NCBI GenBank assembly: GCA_021295715.1
Contig: JAGWBV010000005.1
Coordinates: forward strand, 2,534-66,533
Reading direction: 5' to 3'
DNA: 64,000 nucleotides
Source: Candidatus Poribacteria bacterium
GTDB lineage: Bacteria > Poribacteria > WGA-4E > WGA-3G
Part shown: positions 37,145 through 46,741 of the stretch, piece after piece
Numbering within the stretch: position 1 is the stretch's first letter
How the letters are laid out: each line of letters begins with the position of its first letter
Notes under the pieces: generated by a model
Databases searched by the model: none
What the model saw: the letters and a program-made list of their open reading frames with translations, nothing else
Told to the model about the DNA's origin: nothing
Made by a program: the position numbers and the translations under genes

Positions 37145-37438
37145 TTTCTAACCATGGCCTCCTGAACATCGCTCCACTGCATTTCGCTATGCGTTCCGGT
37201 TAATTCCGACACGCTTAAGGATCTACACAATTCTAGGAGTCTCTCCGCCTCACCAAAAGCCTGCGTGAAACGCGGTGGGAAGCAGAACAGAAACTTAATA
37301 GTTAATGAATTGAATTTTATCACAAAGGTTGAGGGTTGTCAAGGTGAGATAGTCTAAGAGCAACACCATCCAATCCCTGAAGATCGGCACTCTTACACAG
37401 TGCTCCCTCGGAAATCAAGTGTGCTTTTGGTGCTAAAT

Positions 37439-37467
37439 TTGACAAAAAATGTGAGGTGTGCTACAGT
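37439..37467 (+). promoter_or_regulatory. Sigma-70-like promoter, TTGACA-17-TACAGT
   Basis: TTGACA at 37439-37444 and TACAGT at 37462-37467, upstream of ggt. Confidence 0.4.
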
Positions 37468-37496
37468 GACACCAGTCTGAAAACAGGAGAAAACGG

Positions 37497-39107
37497 ATGT
37501 TTGATGGGTACTCACCAAACCAATTTGGGCCTGGGCGTTCAGCTGTCATCTGCCAACATGGAGCGGTCGCAACGAGTCAACCACTCGCCGCGCAGGGAGG
37601 GTTGCAGATTTTACAGGCTGGTGGAAACGCCGTTGATGCAGCGGTCGCGACTGCAGCGATACTTAACGTTGTCGAGCCAATGTCAACTGGCATCGGTGGA
37701 GATGCCTTTATGCTCGTTTATCAGCCCAAAGATGGAGTGATTCGTGGCTTAAATGCGAGTGGGAGGGCACCTTACGCTGCAGAACCGAAGTTCTTTACTA
37801 AGCAGGGGTTGATGAGTATACCTTCTTTTGGCAGTATGTATCCCGTCACGGTCCCTGGTACAATTGACGGGTGGGCAACGCTCCTCGACGAGTGTGGCAC
37901 AATGTCGTTAGCGGAGGTCCTTCAGCCTGCCATCAATTACGCGGAAAAAGGTTTCCCAGTCAGCCCACAGATTAGTCTCGCATGGCAAGAAAGCGCACAA
38001 ATGTTGGCGCAGCATCCCGACACAGCGCGGACATACCTCCAGCATGGAAAGGCACCGGCACCCGGGGAAATCTTTTACCAACCAAACCTTGCCCGGACAT
38101 TTCGGTTGATTGCAGAAGGAGGGCGCGATGCCTTCTATCAAGGGGAAATTGCTGACAACATCGTGAAATTCTCCGATGAAAACGGAGGCTTATTTACGCA
38201 ACGTGACTTTGCCGAACACAGATCAGATTGGATAGAACCGATTTCTACCAGTTATCGAGGCTACGATGTTTATGAGATACCACCGAATGGACAGGGCATC
38301 GCTGCACTTCTCGCACTCAATATCGTTGAAGGATTTGAATTCGGAACGATGGGGCATAACAGTTCTGAACATCTACACCGTGCAATTGAGGCAATGAAAT
38401 TGGGGTTCGCAGATCTCTATGAATACGTGACGGATCCGACATTTGTGGATGTGCCAGTAGACGGACTGCTTTCCAACGACTATACAGAAAGCCAGCGAGA
38501 GCGAATTTCACCAGAGCGGGCAAACATGCAACCAAGCCCTGGTATGCCCACAATCGGAAGCGATACGGTGTACCTCTGTGCGGTTGACAACGAACGCAAT
38601 GTCGTCTCTTTTATTAACAGTCTTTTCGCTGGATTTGGTTCAGGCTTAGTTGCTGGCGATACAGGTATTATGTTACAAAATCGGGGGGCAGGTTTTTCGC
38701 TTAATCCCGACCATGCGAATTGTATCGCTCCACATAAACGGACATTGCATACTATTATCCCTGGTATGATTGTGCAAAACGGGGTGCCCTTAGTCACCTT
38801 TGGTGTCATGGGAGGACAGATGCAAGCACAGGGACATTTACAATTTGTATGCAACCTTGTGGATTTCAATATGGACGTGCAAAACGCTTTAGATGCACCT
38901 CGGTTTCGAGTGATGGACGACTCGCGGATTATGCTGGAGACAGGTATTCCGATGAATATACAAGCCGCATTGGCACAGAAGGGACATCATATCATACCGG
39001 GAAACACTTTTTTTGGCGGAGGACAAGCAATTTTCATCAATCCATCCTTCGGCACGCTCGTCGCAGGTTCAGATCCAAGACGCGATGGCTGTGCTGTCGG
39101 CTATTGA
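37497..39107 (+). CDS. ggt: Gamma-glutamyltransferase
   Basis: GGNAVDAAVA, MSTGIGGDAFM, autoprocessing site GSDTVYLCAVD, GVMGGQMQAQ. Confidence 0.9.
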   Translation: MFDGYSPNQFGPGRSAVICQHGAVATSQPLAAQGGLQILQAGGNAVDAAVATAAILNVVEPMSTGIGGDAFMLVYQPKDGVIRGLNASGRAPYAAEPKFFTKQGLMSIPSFGSMYPVTVPGTIDGWATLLDECGTMSLAEVLQPAINYAEKGFPVSPQISLAWQESAQMLAQHPDTARTYLQHGKAPAPGEIFYQPNLARTFRLIAEGGRDAFYQGEIADNIVKFSDENGGLFTQRDFAEHRSDWIEPISTSYRGYDVYEIPPNGQGIAALLALNIVEGFEFGTMGHNSSEHLHRAIEAMKLGFADLYEYVTDPTFVDVPVDGLLSNDYTESQRERISPERANMQPSPGMPTIGSDTVYLCAVDNERNVVSFINSLFAGFGSGLVAGDTGIMLQNRGAGFSLNPDHANCIAPHKRTLHTIIPGMIVQNGVPLVTFGVMGGQMQAQGHLQFVCNLVDFNMDVQNALDAPRFRVMDDSRIMLETGIPMNIQAALAQKGHHIIPGNTFFGGGQAIFINPSFGTLVAGSDPRRDGCAVGY

Positions 39108-39123
39108 GGCGAGAGGATTTTTT

Positions 39124-39152
39124 TTGACTTTTGGCTTAAATTAAGGTATAAT
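39124..39152 (+). promoter_or_regulatory. Near-perfect sigma-70 promoter, TTGACT-17-TATAAT
   Basis: TTGACT at 39124-39129 and TATAAT at 39147-39152. Lies about 370 nt upstream of the gltB start. Confidence 0.5.
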
Positions 39153-39524
39153 ATTAAAACTACAGGCGGTTTGGGTTCAAAAACTGAGAACCAAACCGAA
39201 GCATGTAAGCCCGCCAAACCGGTCGCGAATCACCGTTGACGCGATCGCGGATCGCCGTTGATTTCAAAGGCTCTCTTGCCTTGGGGCGCGCTACCTCTGG
39301 CAGGATACGAGTAGTCAGCGTCCGATTTAAGCCGTATGGAACGTCCTATCCAGCCTTAAAAAAATAAAATCCGTTTTTTGATTGTTTGTATCCTTGATAA
39401 AAAGGAGTAGGGCTAAGACACGTACACCTCGCCCTGCGGATAACATACAAAATGGCGAAAAGCGCGAAGTCCACTCTACAATGCCAATGCAAAAGAAATA
39501 AAGAAGAATGTATGGAGAATCAGT

Positions 39525-42500
39525 TTGCAAATGTATAATGAATTAAATGAAAAAGATGCCTGTGGCGTTGGTTTTGTCGCGAACCGTTTTGGAAATCGGA
39601 GCCATGATATTATCAAAATGGCGACACAAGCGGTCACGAATTTGACACATCGAGGCGCAGTGGCGGCTGATGCCAAAACAGGAGACGGAGCAGGCATTTT
39701 AACGCAAATTCCAGGAAAAATATTTCAAAAAGAACTTCAGAAACTCGGTGTCCACCTTGATTCGATAAATGATATGGGTGTCGGGATGATTTTCCTACCG
39801 AGGCATGACCGGGATGCACAGGCACGCGGGCGCGCAATCGTTGAAGAGACATTACAGCAGTACGGTGTTCCCTTCCTTGGATGGCGTTCTGTTCCTCAGG
39901 ACTTTTCCGCTCTCGGTGCTAAAGCATTGGAAACGCTACCGGAAATCCAGCAGGTATTGGTGGGGCGTCCAGAACAACTCGCTGATGATGCTTTTGAACA
40001 ACGTTTGTATCTGATATGTAAAGAGTTAGAGCATCGTGTTACAGCAGCACTCGACGAATTCCATATCGCCTCTTTTTCGCATCGGACGATTGTCTATAAG
40101 GGATTGCTCGTAGCACCCCAGCTTACCCAATTTTATCCGGATTTAAAAGATCCCGATTTTCAGGCAGCACTTGCCGTTTTCCATCAACGCTACAGTACAA
40201 ATACCTCGTCCACATGGATGCTTGCCCAACCTTTTCATACACTGGCGCATAATGGCGAAATCAACACCTTGATGGGCAATCAGAACTGGATGCGGGCGCG
40301 CGAATCCGACTTGCAATCACCCCTATGGGGTGAAGACATCCGAAAACTCATTCCAATTATCAACCCACATGGAAGCGATTCCATGAGTTTGGATAATGTG
40401 TTAGAGTTGTTAACACACTCCGGTCGCGGTATCCTACATGCCATGATGTGTCTTATCCCTGAAGCCTATGAGCAGATTCCGGATATGCCGGACGAGTTGA
40501 AAGCCTGTTACGAGTATCTCTCATGTGTCAGTGAACCTTGGGATGGACCGGCGGCGGTCGCGTTTACAGATGGCGTTGTTGTCGGCGCAAGTTTGGATAG
40601 AAATGGACTGCGACCCGCACGCTACAAGGTCACCGAAGACGGGACGGTTGTTATGGGGTCCGAAGTCGGAATTATTGAACTTGATGACAGTTGCGTCGTC
40701 GAAAAGGGACGTTTGGGACCAGGGCAAATGATTGCTGTCGATACCGCACAGGGAAAATTGCTGAAAGATGTCGAGATTAAACATAATGTTGCCAAGCAGA
40801 AGCCTTATGCTGAGTGGGTGAAGAAAGGTAGCGTAACGCTACCAACCGAAAAAGATGGGGCGTATGTCACGACAGATGCTGTCCCTGAACAATTGTCAAC
40901 ATACCAGAAAGCTTTTGGCTATATGACTGAAGACATAGAGCGCTTTATTAAACCTATGGTGTCGGAAGCCAAGGAAGCCGTTGGCTCAATGGGCGATGAC
41001 ACACCGCCCTCTGTAATTTCTCGGCATCCGCGTTTGCTCTATAGCTACTTCAAACAACGTTTCGCGCAGGTTACGAATCCACCTATTGATTCGATCCGGG
41101 AACGTTTGGTGATGTCTCTGACAACACACCTCGGAAAACAGTATAGTTTGCTCACAGAAACTCCAGAACACGCTCGACTTATTCGGTTACATTCCCCAAT
41201 TTTGACAAATACAGATTTACAAACATTGCGTGAACTGGATATATCCGATTTCCAGATAGAGACACTCCCTGTTTGCTTCCCCGTGGTCTCCGGCAAACAA
41301 GGCTTGGAAGGCGCATTGGAAACACTCTGTCAACGTGCCTCCGAGGCTATTGATCGCGGCGTAACACTTCTCGTGCTAAGTGACAAAGAGGTGAATCCTG
41401 ACCTTGCTCCGATTCCGATGGCACTTGCTATTGGGGCTGTTCACCACCATTTGATTCGAGAAGGAAAGCGAATGCGGGCAAGTCTCATCGCTGAAACTGG
41501 AGATGCGAGAGAAGAACACCATTTTGCTGTTCTTCTTGGTTACGGCGCAACTGCAATCAATCCTTACCTTGCTTTCTCAACGATTCTTCAACTTGCTGAA
41601 GATGGTGAATTCGCAGAACTCGCCGCGTCGGAAGCCATTGACACTTATAAAGCAACCGTCGAAAAAGGTATTTTGAAAATTATGGCGAAGATGGGAATTT
41701 CGACGGTGTCAAGTTATCACGGTGCCCAAATCTTTGAAGCACTTGGTATCAATTCAACGGTTATTGACAAATGCTTTACAGGCACCACCTCACGCTTAAG
41801 TGGCATTGGCTTTGCTGAAATCGCAGCGGAGACGCTCCACTTCCACACAAAAGCGTTCTCTGGAAGTGAAGGCGACGCGTCCTTGGAAGAAGCAGGCTAT
41901 TTCCGATTCCGTAGAAACGGTGAATTCCATGCCTTTAATCCGACGGTATTTAAGTCACTTCACCGATTTGTTAAGGGCGGTAAGCCGGAGGACTACGAAA
42001 AATATGCTGATGCTGTCGAAAGTGGAGAACCTTCCAGCTTACGAGATCTGCTGGCTTTCAAACCCAGCACCCCGATTCCGATTGAAGAGGTAGAGCCAGC
42101 AGAAGATATTGTTCGACGTTTCACAACGGGTAGTATGTCTTTTGGCGCGTTAAGTCGCGAGACACACGAAACTTTGGCAATCGCGATGAATCGTCTCGGC
42201 GCAAAATCAGGGAGTGGAGAAGGTGGTGAAAGTACGACACGCTTCAAACCCCAACCCAATGGAGACCTTGCTTCGAGTGCCATTAAACAGGTAGCGTCCG
42301 GACGGTTCGGAGTGACACCAACATATCTCATATCGGCGAAGGAACTGGAAATTAAGATGGCGCAGGGATCCAAACCTGGAGAAGGTGGACAGATTCCAGG
42401 GCATAAAGTAACAGCCGAAATCGCTTCTCTTCGCCACTCTGTGCCAGGAGTGCCACTGATTTCACCGCCTCCACATCATGACATCTACTCCATTGAGGAT

Positions 42501-44021
42501 TTAGCGCAGCTCATCTACGATCTAAAACAAGCGAATCCACGGGCAAAGGTCGCTGTAAAACTGGTATCCGAATTTCTCGTTGGAACGATTGCATCGGGGG
42601 TAGCAAAGGGCTACGCCGATGTAATACAAATCAGTGGGCATGAGGGAGGTACTGGGGCATCCCCGCTCAGTTCCATTAAGAACGCTGGGACCCCTTGGGA
42701 ACTCGGACTTGCTGAAACACAGCGGGCACTTGTGACGAATGAATTGCGGGATCGTGTCGTGTTACGGGCTGACGGTGGGATGCGTTCTGGACGTGACATT
42801 GTTATTGCGGCAATGTTAGGGGCAGAAGAATATGGATTTGGAACGATAGCGATGGTCGCGACGGGGTGTGTAATGGCACGCCAATGCCACTTAAATACGT
42901 GTCCGGTTGGTGTAGCTACCCAGGATCCAGCACTCCGTGCCAAATATCCCGGCACCCCCGAAATGGTGGTGAATTTCATGCTCGGGGTGGCGAATGAAGT
43001 CCGAGCTATTCTTGCCAACCTCGGTCACAGGAACCTCAACGATATTATCGGGCGCCCGGAGTTACTTCAACCGATCGATCTCGCAGATTACCCGAAAACT
43101 GAAACGCTGGATTTGAGTGAAATTCTGACCCCTGCCGATCCAACTGGAACGCAGCCGCGTTACCATCTACAAAATCGAAACGATCGGGACGACATCTCTC
43201 TTGACGATCAGATACTGAAGGATGCTGAGGAAGCAATTTCGCAGAAAACAACTATCCAACTCTCTTATGCCATCCGGAATACGCACCGAACAGTGGGTGC
43301 AAAGTTGGCCGGTGAAATTGCGGCGCGCTATGGTGATGCGGGCTTACCTGATAGGACGATCCAGTGCGACTTTAGGGGGAGTGCAGGACAGAGTTTCGGT
43401 GCTTTCTGTATCAGCGGCGTACAATTCGCGTTGACAGGCGAGGCTAATGACTATGTGGGTAAGGGCATGGCAGGCGGGGAAATTATTATTAAACCGGCGC
43501 CGACTGCACAGTTCCCAACTTATGAAAATACAATCATTGGAAATACAGTGTTGTATGGTGCCACAGGCGGTACGCTTTATGCAGCGGGAAGAGCTGGTGA
43601 ACGGTTCTGTGTCCGAAACAGCGGGGCAACTGTTGTCATTGAAGGCGTGGGGGATCACGGTTGTGAATACATGACCGCCGGAACAGCCGTAATTCTCGGC
43701 GAGACAGGCAGAAACTTTGGTGCCGGAATGACCGGTGGTATTGCTTATGTTCTCGACGAAAAACAACAGTTCGAGAGGAAGTACAACTCGGATTGGGTGA
43801 AGTTAGAAAAGGTAACGAGTGAGACAGATGTTAAGAGTCTGATGGCACTTATACAAAATCACGCGGCTTATACCGGCAGTGAACACGCCGAGAAAATTCT
43901 CACCAATTGGGAGGATGTTCTTCCGCATTTTTGGAAGGTGGTAACACCACCACCGCCACCACTGCCAGCACCTGTCCAGTTGAAAAGAAGAGCCGCGGGA
44001 CGTAGAAGTCGTAAACGCTAA
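39525..44021 (+). CDS. gltB: Glutamate synthase large subunit
   Basis: The DACGVGF N-terminal nucleophile is read directly. The 1498-aa length and overall domain order (amidotransferase, central, FMN and C-terminal beta-helix regions) fit GltB from memory. Start is TTG 39525 or ATG 39531. No gltD lies downstream. Confidence 0.92.
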   Translation: MQMYNELNEKDACGVGFVANRFGNRSHDIIKMATQAVTNLTHRGAVAADAKTGDGAGILTQIPGKIFQKELQKLGVHLDSINDMGVGMIFLPRHDRDAQARGRAIVEETLQQYGVPFLGWRSVPQDFSALGAKALETLPEIQQVLVGRPEQLADDAFEQRLYLICKELEHRVTAALDEFHIASFSHRTIVYKGLLVAPQLTQFYPDLKDPDFQAALAVFHQRYSTNTSSTWMLAQPFHTLAHNGEINTLMGNQNWMRARESDLQSPLWGEDIRKLIPIINPHGSDSMSLDNVLELLTHSGRGILHAMMCLIPEAYEQIPDMPDELKACYEYLSCVSEPWDGPAAVAFTDGVVVGASLDRNGLRPARYKVTEDGTVVMGSEVGIIELDDSCVVEKGRLGPGQMIAVDTAQGKLLKDVEIKHNVAKQKPYAEWVKKGSVTLPTEKDGAYVTTDAVPEQLSTYQKAFGYMTEDIERFIKPMVSEAKEAVGSMGDDTPPSVISRHPRLLYSYFKQRFAQVTNPPIDSIRERLVMSLTTHLGKQYSLLTETPEHARLIRLHSPILTNTDLQTLRELDISDFQIETLPVCFPVVSGKQGLEGALETLCQRASEAIDRGVTLLVLSDKEVNPDLAPIPMALAIGAVHHHLIREGKRMRASLIAETGDAREEHHFAVLLGYGATAINPYLAFSTILQLAEDGEFAELAASEAIDTYKATVEKGILKIMAKMGISTVSSYHGAQIFEALGINSTVIDKCFTGTTSRLSGIGFAEIAAETLHFHTKAFSGSEGDASLEEAGYFRFRRNGEFHAFNPTVFKSLHRFVKGGKPEDYEKYADAVESGEPSSLRDLLAFKPSTPIPIEEVEPAEDIVRRFTTGSMSFGALSRETHETLAIAMNRLGAKSGSGEGGESTTRFKPQPNGDLASSAIKQVASGRFGVTPTYLISAKELEIKMAQGSKPGEGGQIPGHKVTAEIASLRHSVPGVPLISPPPHHDIYSIEDLAQLIYDLKQANPRAKVAVKLVSEFLVGTIASGVAKGYADVIQISGHEGGTGASPLSSIKNAGTPWELGLAETQRALVTNELRDRVVLRADGGMRSGRDIVIAAMLGAEEYGFGTIAMVATGCVMARQCHLNTCPVGVATQDPALRAKYPGTPEMVVNFMLGVANEVRAILANLGHRNLNDIIGRPELLQPIDLADYPKTETLDLSEILTPADPTGTQPRYHLQNRNDRDDISLDDQILKDAEEAISQKTTIQLSYAIRNTHRTVGAKLAGEIAARYGDAGLPDRTIQCDFRGSAGQSFGAFCISGVQFALTGEANDYVGKGMAGGEIIIKPAPTAQFPTYENTIIGNTVLYGATGGTLYAAGRAGERFCVRNSGATVVIEGVGDHGCEYMTAGTAVILGETGRNFGAGMTGGIAYVLDEKQQFERKYNSDWVKLEKVTSETDVKSLMALIQNHAAYTGSEHAEKILTNWEDVLPHFWKVVTPPPPPLPAPVQLKRRAAGRRSRKR

Positions 44022-44073
44022 AAACTTAGTTGTGGAATAGGTGTCAACACCTTACTTTTTGGGGTATATTGCC

Positions 44074-44101
44074 AAAAAAGGCAGCCGAAGCTGCCTTTTT
44101 T
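44074..44101. terminator. Bidirectional rho-independent terminator AAAAAA-GGCAGC-cgaa-GCTGCC-TTTTTT (copy 1)
   Basis: Lies 53 nt after the gltB stop. The hairpin is flanked by an A-run and a T-run. Confidence 0.75.
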
Positions 44102-44190
44102 GTGTTAACTGCGTTACAGTTTTCATTCCTCTTCCGGGACCACGAAAGCGATTTCAAGTCCCTCCGTTTTACTGGGGCGTTGTTTCGCTC
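44074..44190 (-). repeat. 117-nt direct-repeat copy 1: terminator plus a relic of the last 21 codons of exbD
   Basis: 113/117 identical to 44291-44407 by manual alignment. The minus strand reads AKQRPSKTEGLEIAFVVPEEE* versus AKQRSSKTEGLEIAFAVSEEE* in the intact gene. Confidence 0.85.
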
Positions 44191-44287
44191 ATTTAAATTA
44201 TTGTTAGTTTTAAAACACCTGAAAGTTTATAAGGTGACGCGTGTTCTTCAGATGGTTCTGCTTACAAGAATACCGATTATTAGATGC

Positions 44288-44318
44288 AAAAAAAAAGGCA
44301 GCCGAAGCTGCCTTTTTT
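44288..44318. terminator. Bidirectional rho-independent terminator (copy 2), serving exbD
   Basis: A9-GGCAGC-cgaa-GCTGCC-T6, 21 nt after the exbD stop on the minus strand. Confidence 0.75.
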
Positions 44319-44339
44319 GTGTTAACTGCGTTGCAGTTT

Positions 44340-44762
44340 TCATTCCTCTTCCGAGACCGCGAAAGCGATTTCAAGTCCCTCCGTTTTACTGGAGCGTTGT
44401 TTCGCTCGTTCCACCACATCAATGACGACACCGTGTTTCGCACGCTTATCTGCCTTGATAATTAGGGTGCTGATCTGGTTTTCATGAGCTGCGATAAAAA
44501 GTTCCATGTCTTCCAGTGTCAACATCTCTTGGTCATCGATCGAAATCCGTCCGTCACCGCTAATGAAGAGGTTATACTTCTTCCGTGTGAACTCGTGCTT
44601 AGTTGCGGAATCGGGTAGGGTGACCGTGAAAGGCGGGGGAACCCGCATGACAGCAGATACCATGAAGAAGATAAGCAACAAAAAGACACAATCGATCATT
44701 GGTGCCATCGGAATGTCATCATCGTCGCCTGTTTTCTTCCGCCGAGACATGTTCAAAGCCAT
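44340..44762 (-). CDS. exbD: ExbD/TolR biopolymer transport protein
   Basis: PMAPMIDCVFLLLIFFMV TM segment and periplasmic domain. Confidence 0.85.
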   Translation of the reverse strand: MALNMSRRKKTGDDDDIPMAPMIDCVFLLLIFFMVSAVMRVPPPFTVTLPDSATKHEFTRKKYNLFISGDGRISIDDQEMLTLEDMELFIAAHENQISTLIIKADKRAKHGVVIDVVERAKQRSSKTEGLEIAFAVSEEE

Positions 44763-44815
44763 CTGAATTCTCCTTCTATAAAGAGTGGAGTGCTATTATC
44801 GTCGCATGAGATAAG

Positions 44816-45268
44816 TCAATCTCTCGCGACAATAGCGAACCCGATTTTATCTATACCTGCTTGTTTTGCTATATCCATCACTTGCACGATCTGTTCATGT
44901 AGCACTTCACGTTCGGATTGGATAATGAGCATACTTGTTGCTTCTTCAGGTGCATTAATGAATCGATTGAACATTTCATCAATCTGGACGACCTCATCGT
45001 TTAGCACCATGGTGCCTCTGTCATCACCGGGTTCCGGGTTTGCGATTCGGACAGTCAACCCTTTCGGTTTATCGGGTGAGGGTTTCCCCGGTGGGGGCAA
45101 CTGTACCCGAAGGCCTGGAATCGGTGAGAAGGTTGTCGATACCATGAAGAAAATCAGGAGCAGGAATACACAATCAATCATAGGTGCCATACTGAGTGTT
45201 GGTGGCTTGCGCTCCCGAATTTTGGTCGCAAGCAGACTCAATTTGACGTCACCGCCGGCTTGTTGCAT
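44816..45268 (-). CDS. exbD: ExbD/TolR biopolymer transport protein (second copy)
   Basis: SMAPMIDCVFLLLIFFMV. Confidence 0.85.
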   Translation of the reverse strand: MQQAGGDVKLSLLATKIRERKPPTLSMAPMIDCVFLLLIFFMVSTTFSPIPGLRVQLPPPGKPSPDKPKGLTVRIANPEPGDDRGTMVLNDEVVQIDEMFNRFINAPEEATSMLIIQSEREVLHEQIVQVMDIAKQAGIDKIGFAIVARD

Positions 45269-45381
45269 TTCAGAATCTCCTTTTGTGTTAATGAGACTAA
45301 GGCTAAGGTGCGAGGACCTGGTAGCCTACAAAGCCTATGAGGAGAGGGCGAGTAAAAGTACCCGCCCGTTCCGTTCCAAGA

Positions 45382-46374
45382 TTAGGCATCGCCGCCTTCA
45401 CTAACGATCAACTGGTTCACAATCTCGGTGGAAACCTGGGAGATCTCGACCATGTGCCTGTTGACCCAACTATCAAAGAGTTGGAAGAAAATCAAGCAAG
45501 GGATAGCAACTGTCAAACCAGCAGCAGTTGTGAGAAGTGCCTGTGAGATACCACCGGCGAGCTGCTGCGGGTCACCGGTACCTTCAAGTGCGATTGTAGT
45601 AAACGCACTAATCATACCTGTAACTGTTCCGAGCAAACCAAACAACGGAGACACGACTGCAACGGTACCGAGGACCGGCAGATTTCTTTCGAGTTCAGGA
45701 ATTTCAAGGAGACTTGCTTCCTCAATAGCTTCCTGAATTTCCTCTTTGGTAATGTCGCGCTCCTCAATTTGGGCTTGGCTGTATCGTAGCAATCCTGCTT
45801 TAAGAACGTTAGCGAGCGGTCCACCGGCTTCTTCGCAAGTCGAAACGGCTTCCATAATGTTCTCTTTCCGCAGTGAGTCAGCGATAGTGGCGATAAACTG
45901 TTCGGTTCCAATGCGTGAACGGCTCCGAACGAAGGTGAAAAGTCTTTCGATAATGAAAGTCAACGCCGTGATGGAACAGAGGGCGAGGGGCCAGAAGACG
46001 AATCCAAACTTTTGGAAGAAAGTAACGATATTGTCTTTTTTCGTCATCTTGAGTGGGACAAAGTGGTCACCGCCATTAACGACTGTAACGGGTTTACCAA
46101 GTCGATCACCGTATCCTTCTCTGTAGATACTGATGAGGTAACGACCTGCGGGAACTCCCGAGCGCTCATAGTCGCCGTTAGCATCCGTCATCGCTGCAAA
46201 TTCTTCGCCACTTTGGGCAACAATCTTGACTTCAACGCCTTCAATTGGGCTCTGTGCTGTGGTTGTATCAACAATTTGGCCCCGGACGGTTCCGCCGCTA
46301 TCCTGTGCGAAGACAACACCGGCAGACATACCGATACAGGCGACCAACATTAACACCAAACTTAAACGAGTCAT
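45382..46374 (-). CDS. exbB: MotA/TolQ/ExbB proton channel with an N-terminal signal peptide and a carboxypeptidase-regulatory-like (CarboxypepD_reg) domain
   Basis: N-terminus GTVRGQIVD...GVEVKIVA...TDANGDYERSGVPAGRYLISIYREGY. C-terminal ExbB core LGTVAVVSPLFGLLGTVTGMI...ALLTTAAGLTVAIP. Confidence 0.8.
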   Translation of the reverse strand: MTRLSLVLMLVACIGMSAGVVFAQDSGGTVRGQIVDTTTAQSPIEGVEVKIVAQSGEEFAAMTDANGDYERSGVPAGRYLISIYREGYGDRLGKPVTVVNGGDHFVPLKMTKKDNIVTFFQKFGFVFWPLALCSITALTFIIERLFTFVRSRSRIGTEQFIATIADSLRKENIMEAVSTCEEAGGPLANVLKAGLLRYSQAQIEERDITKEEIQEAIEEASLLEIPELERNLPVLGTVAVVSPLFGLLGTVTGMISAFTTIALEGTGDPQQLAGGISQALLTTAAGLTVAIPCLIFFQLFDSWVNRHMVEISQVSTEIVNQLIVSEGGDA

Positions 46375-46741
46375 TCGTTCTGATCCTCCTTAGGATAACT
46401 TACCAAATACGCAGGCAAGTTTTACAAGTCATCTCATAAGATGTTGTCGGAACTCGTCCAACAACTCAATTTTCCTAACACTTGAGCATTTCAAAAATTA
46501 CAAAGGTTTTTAGGTCAGGTAGGAGCGATCAAAAACCGCACCCACCATTTACAACACCATTTTTGTTAAGAACACCTGAGTGTTTAAGAAGTTACGCGTT
46601 ATATTCAAACCCTACGGAAAATGGAAGCTCAGGTGATATAGCGAGACGCGAAATCGCTAATGGAAGCACGCCATCACGATGATCGTGATCGCGTGACTTC
46701 CGAGGACACGAAGAAATCGTGTCCAGCGATCCAAACATCAC

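Noticed and set aside
44030-44425. 131-aa plus-strand ORF with internally repeated sequence.
   Set aside because: It is an artefact of the 117-nt direct duplication of the exbD 3' end and terminator. It spans two terminator hairpins.
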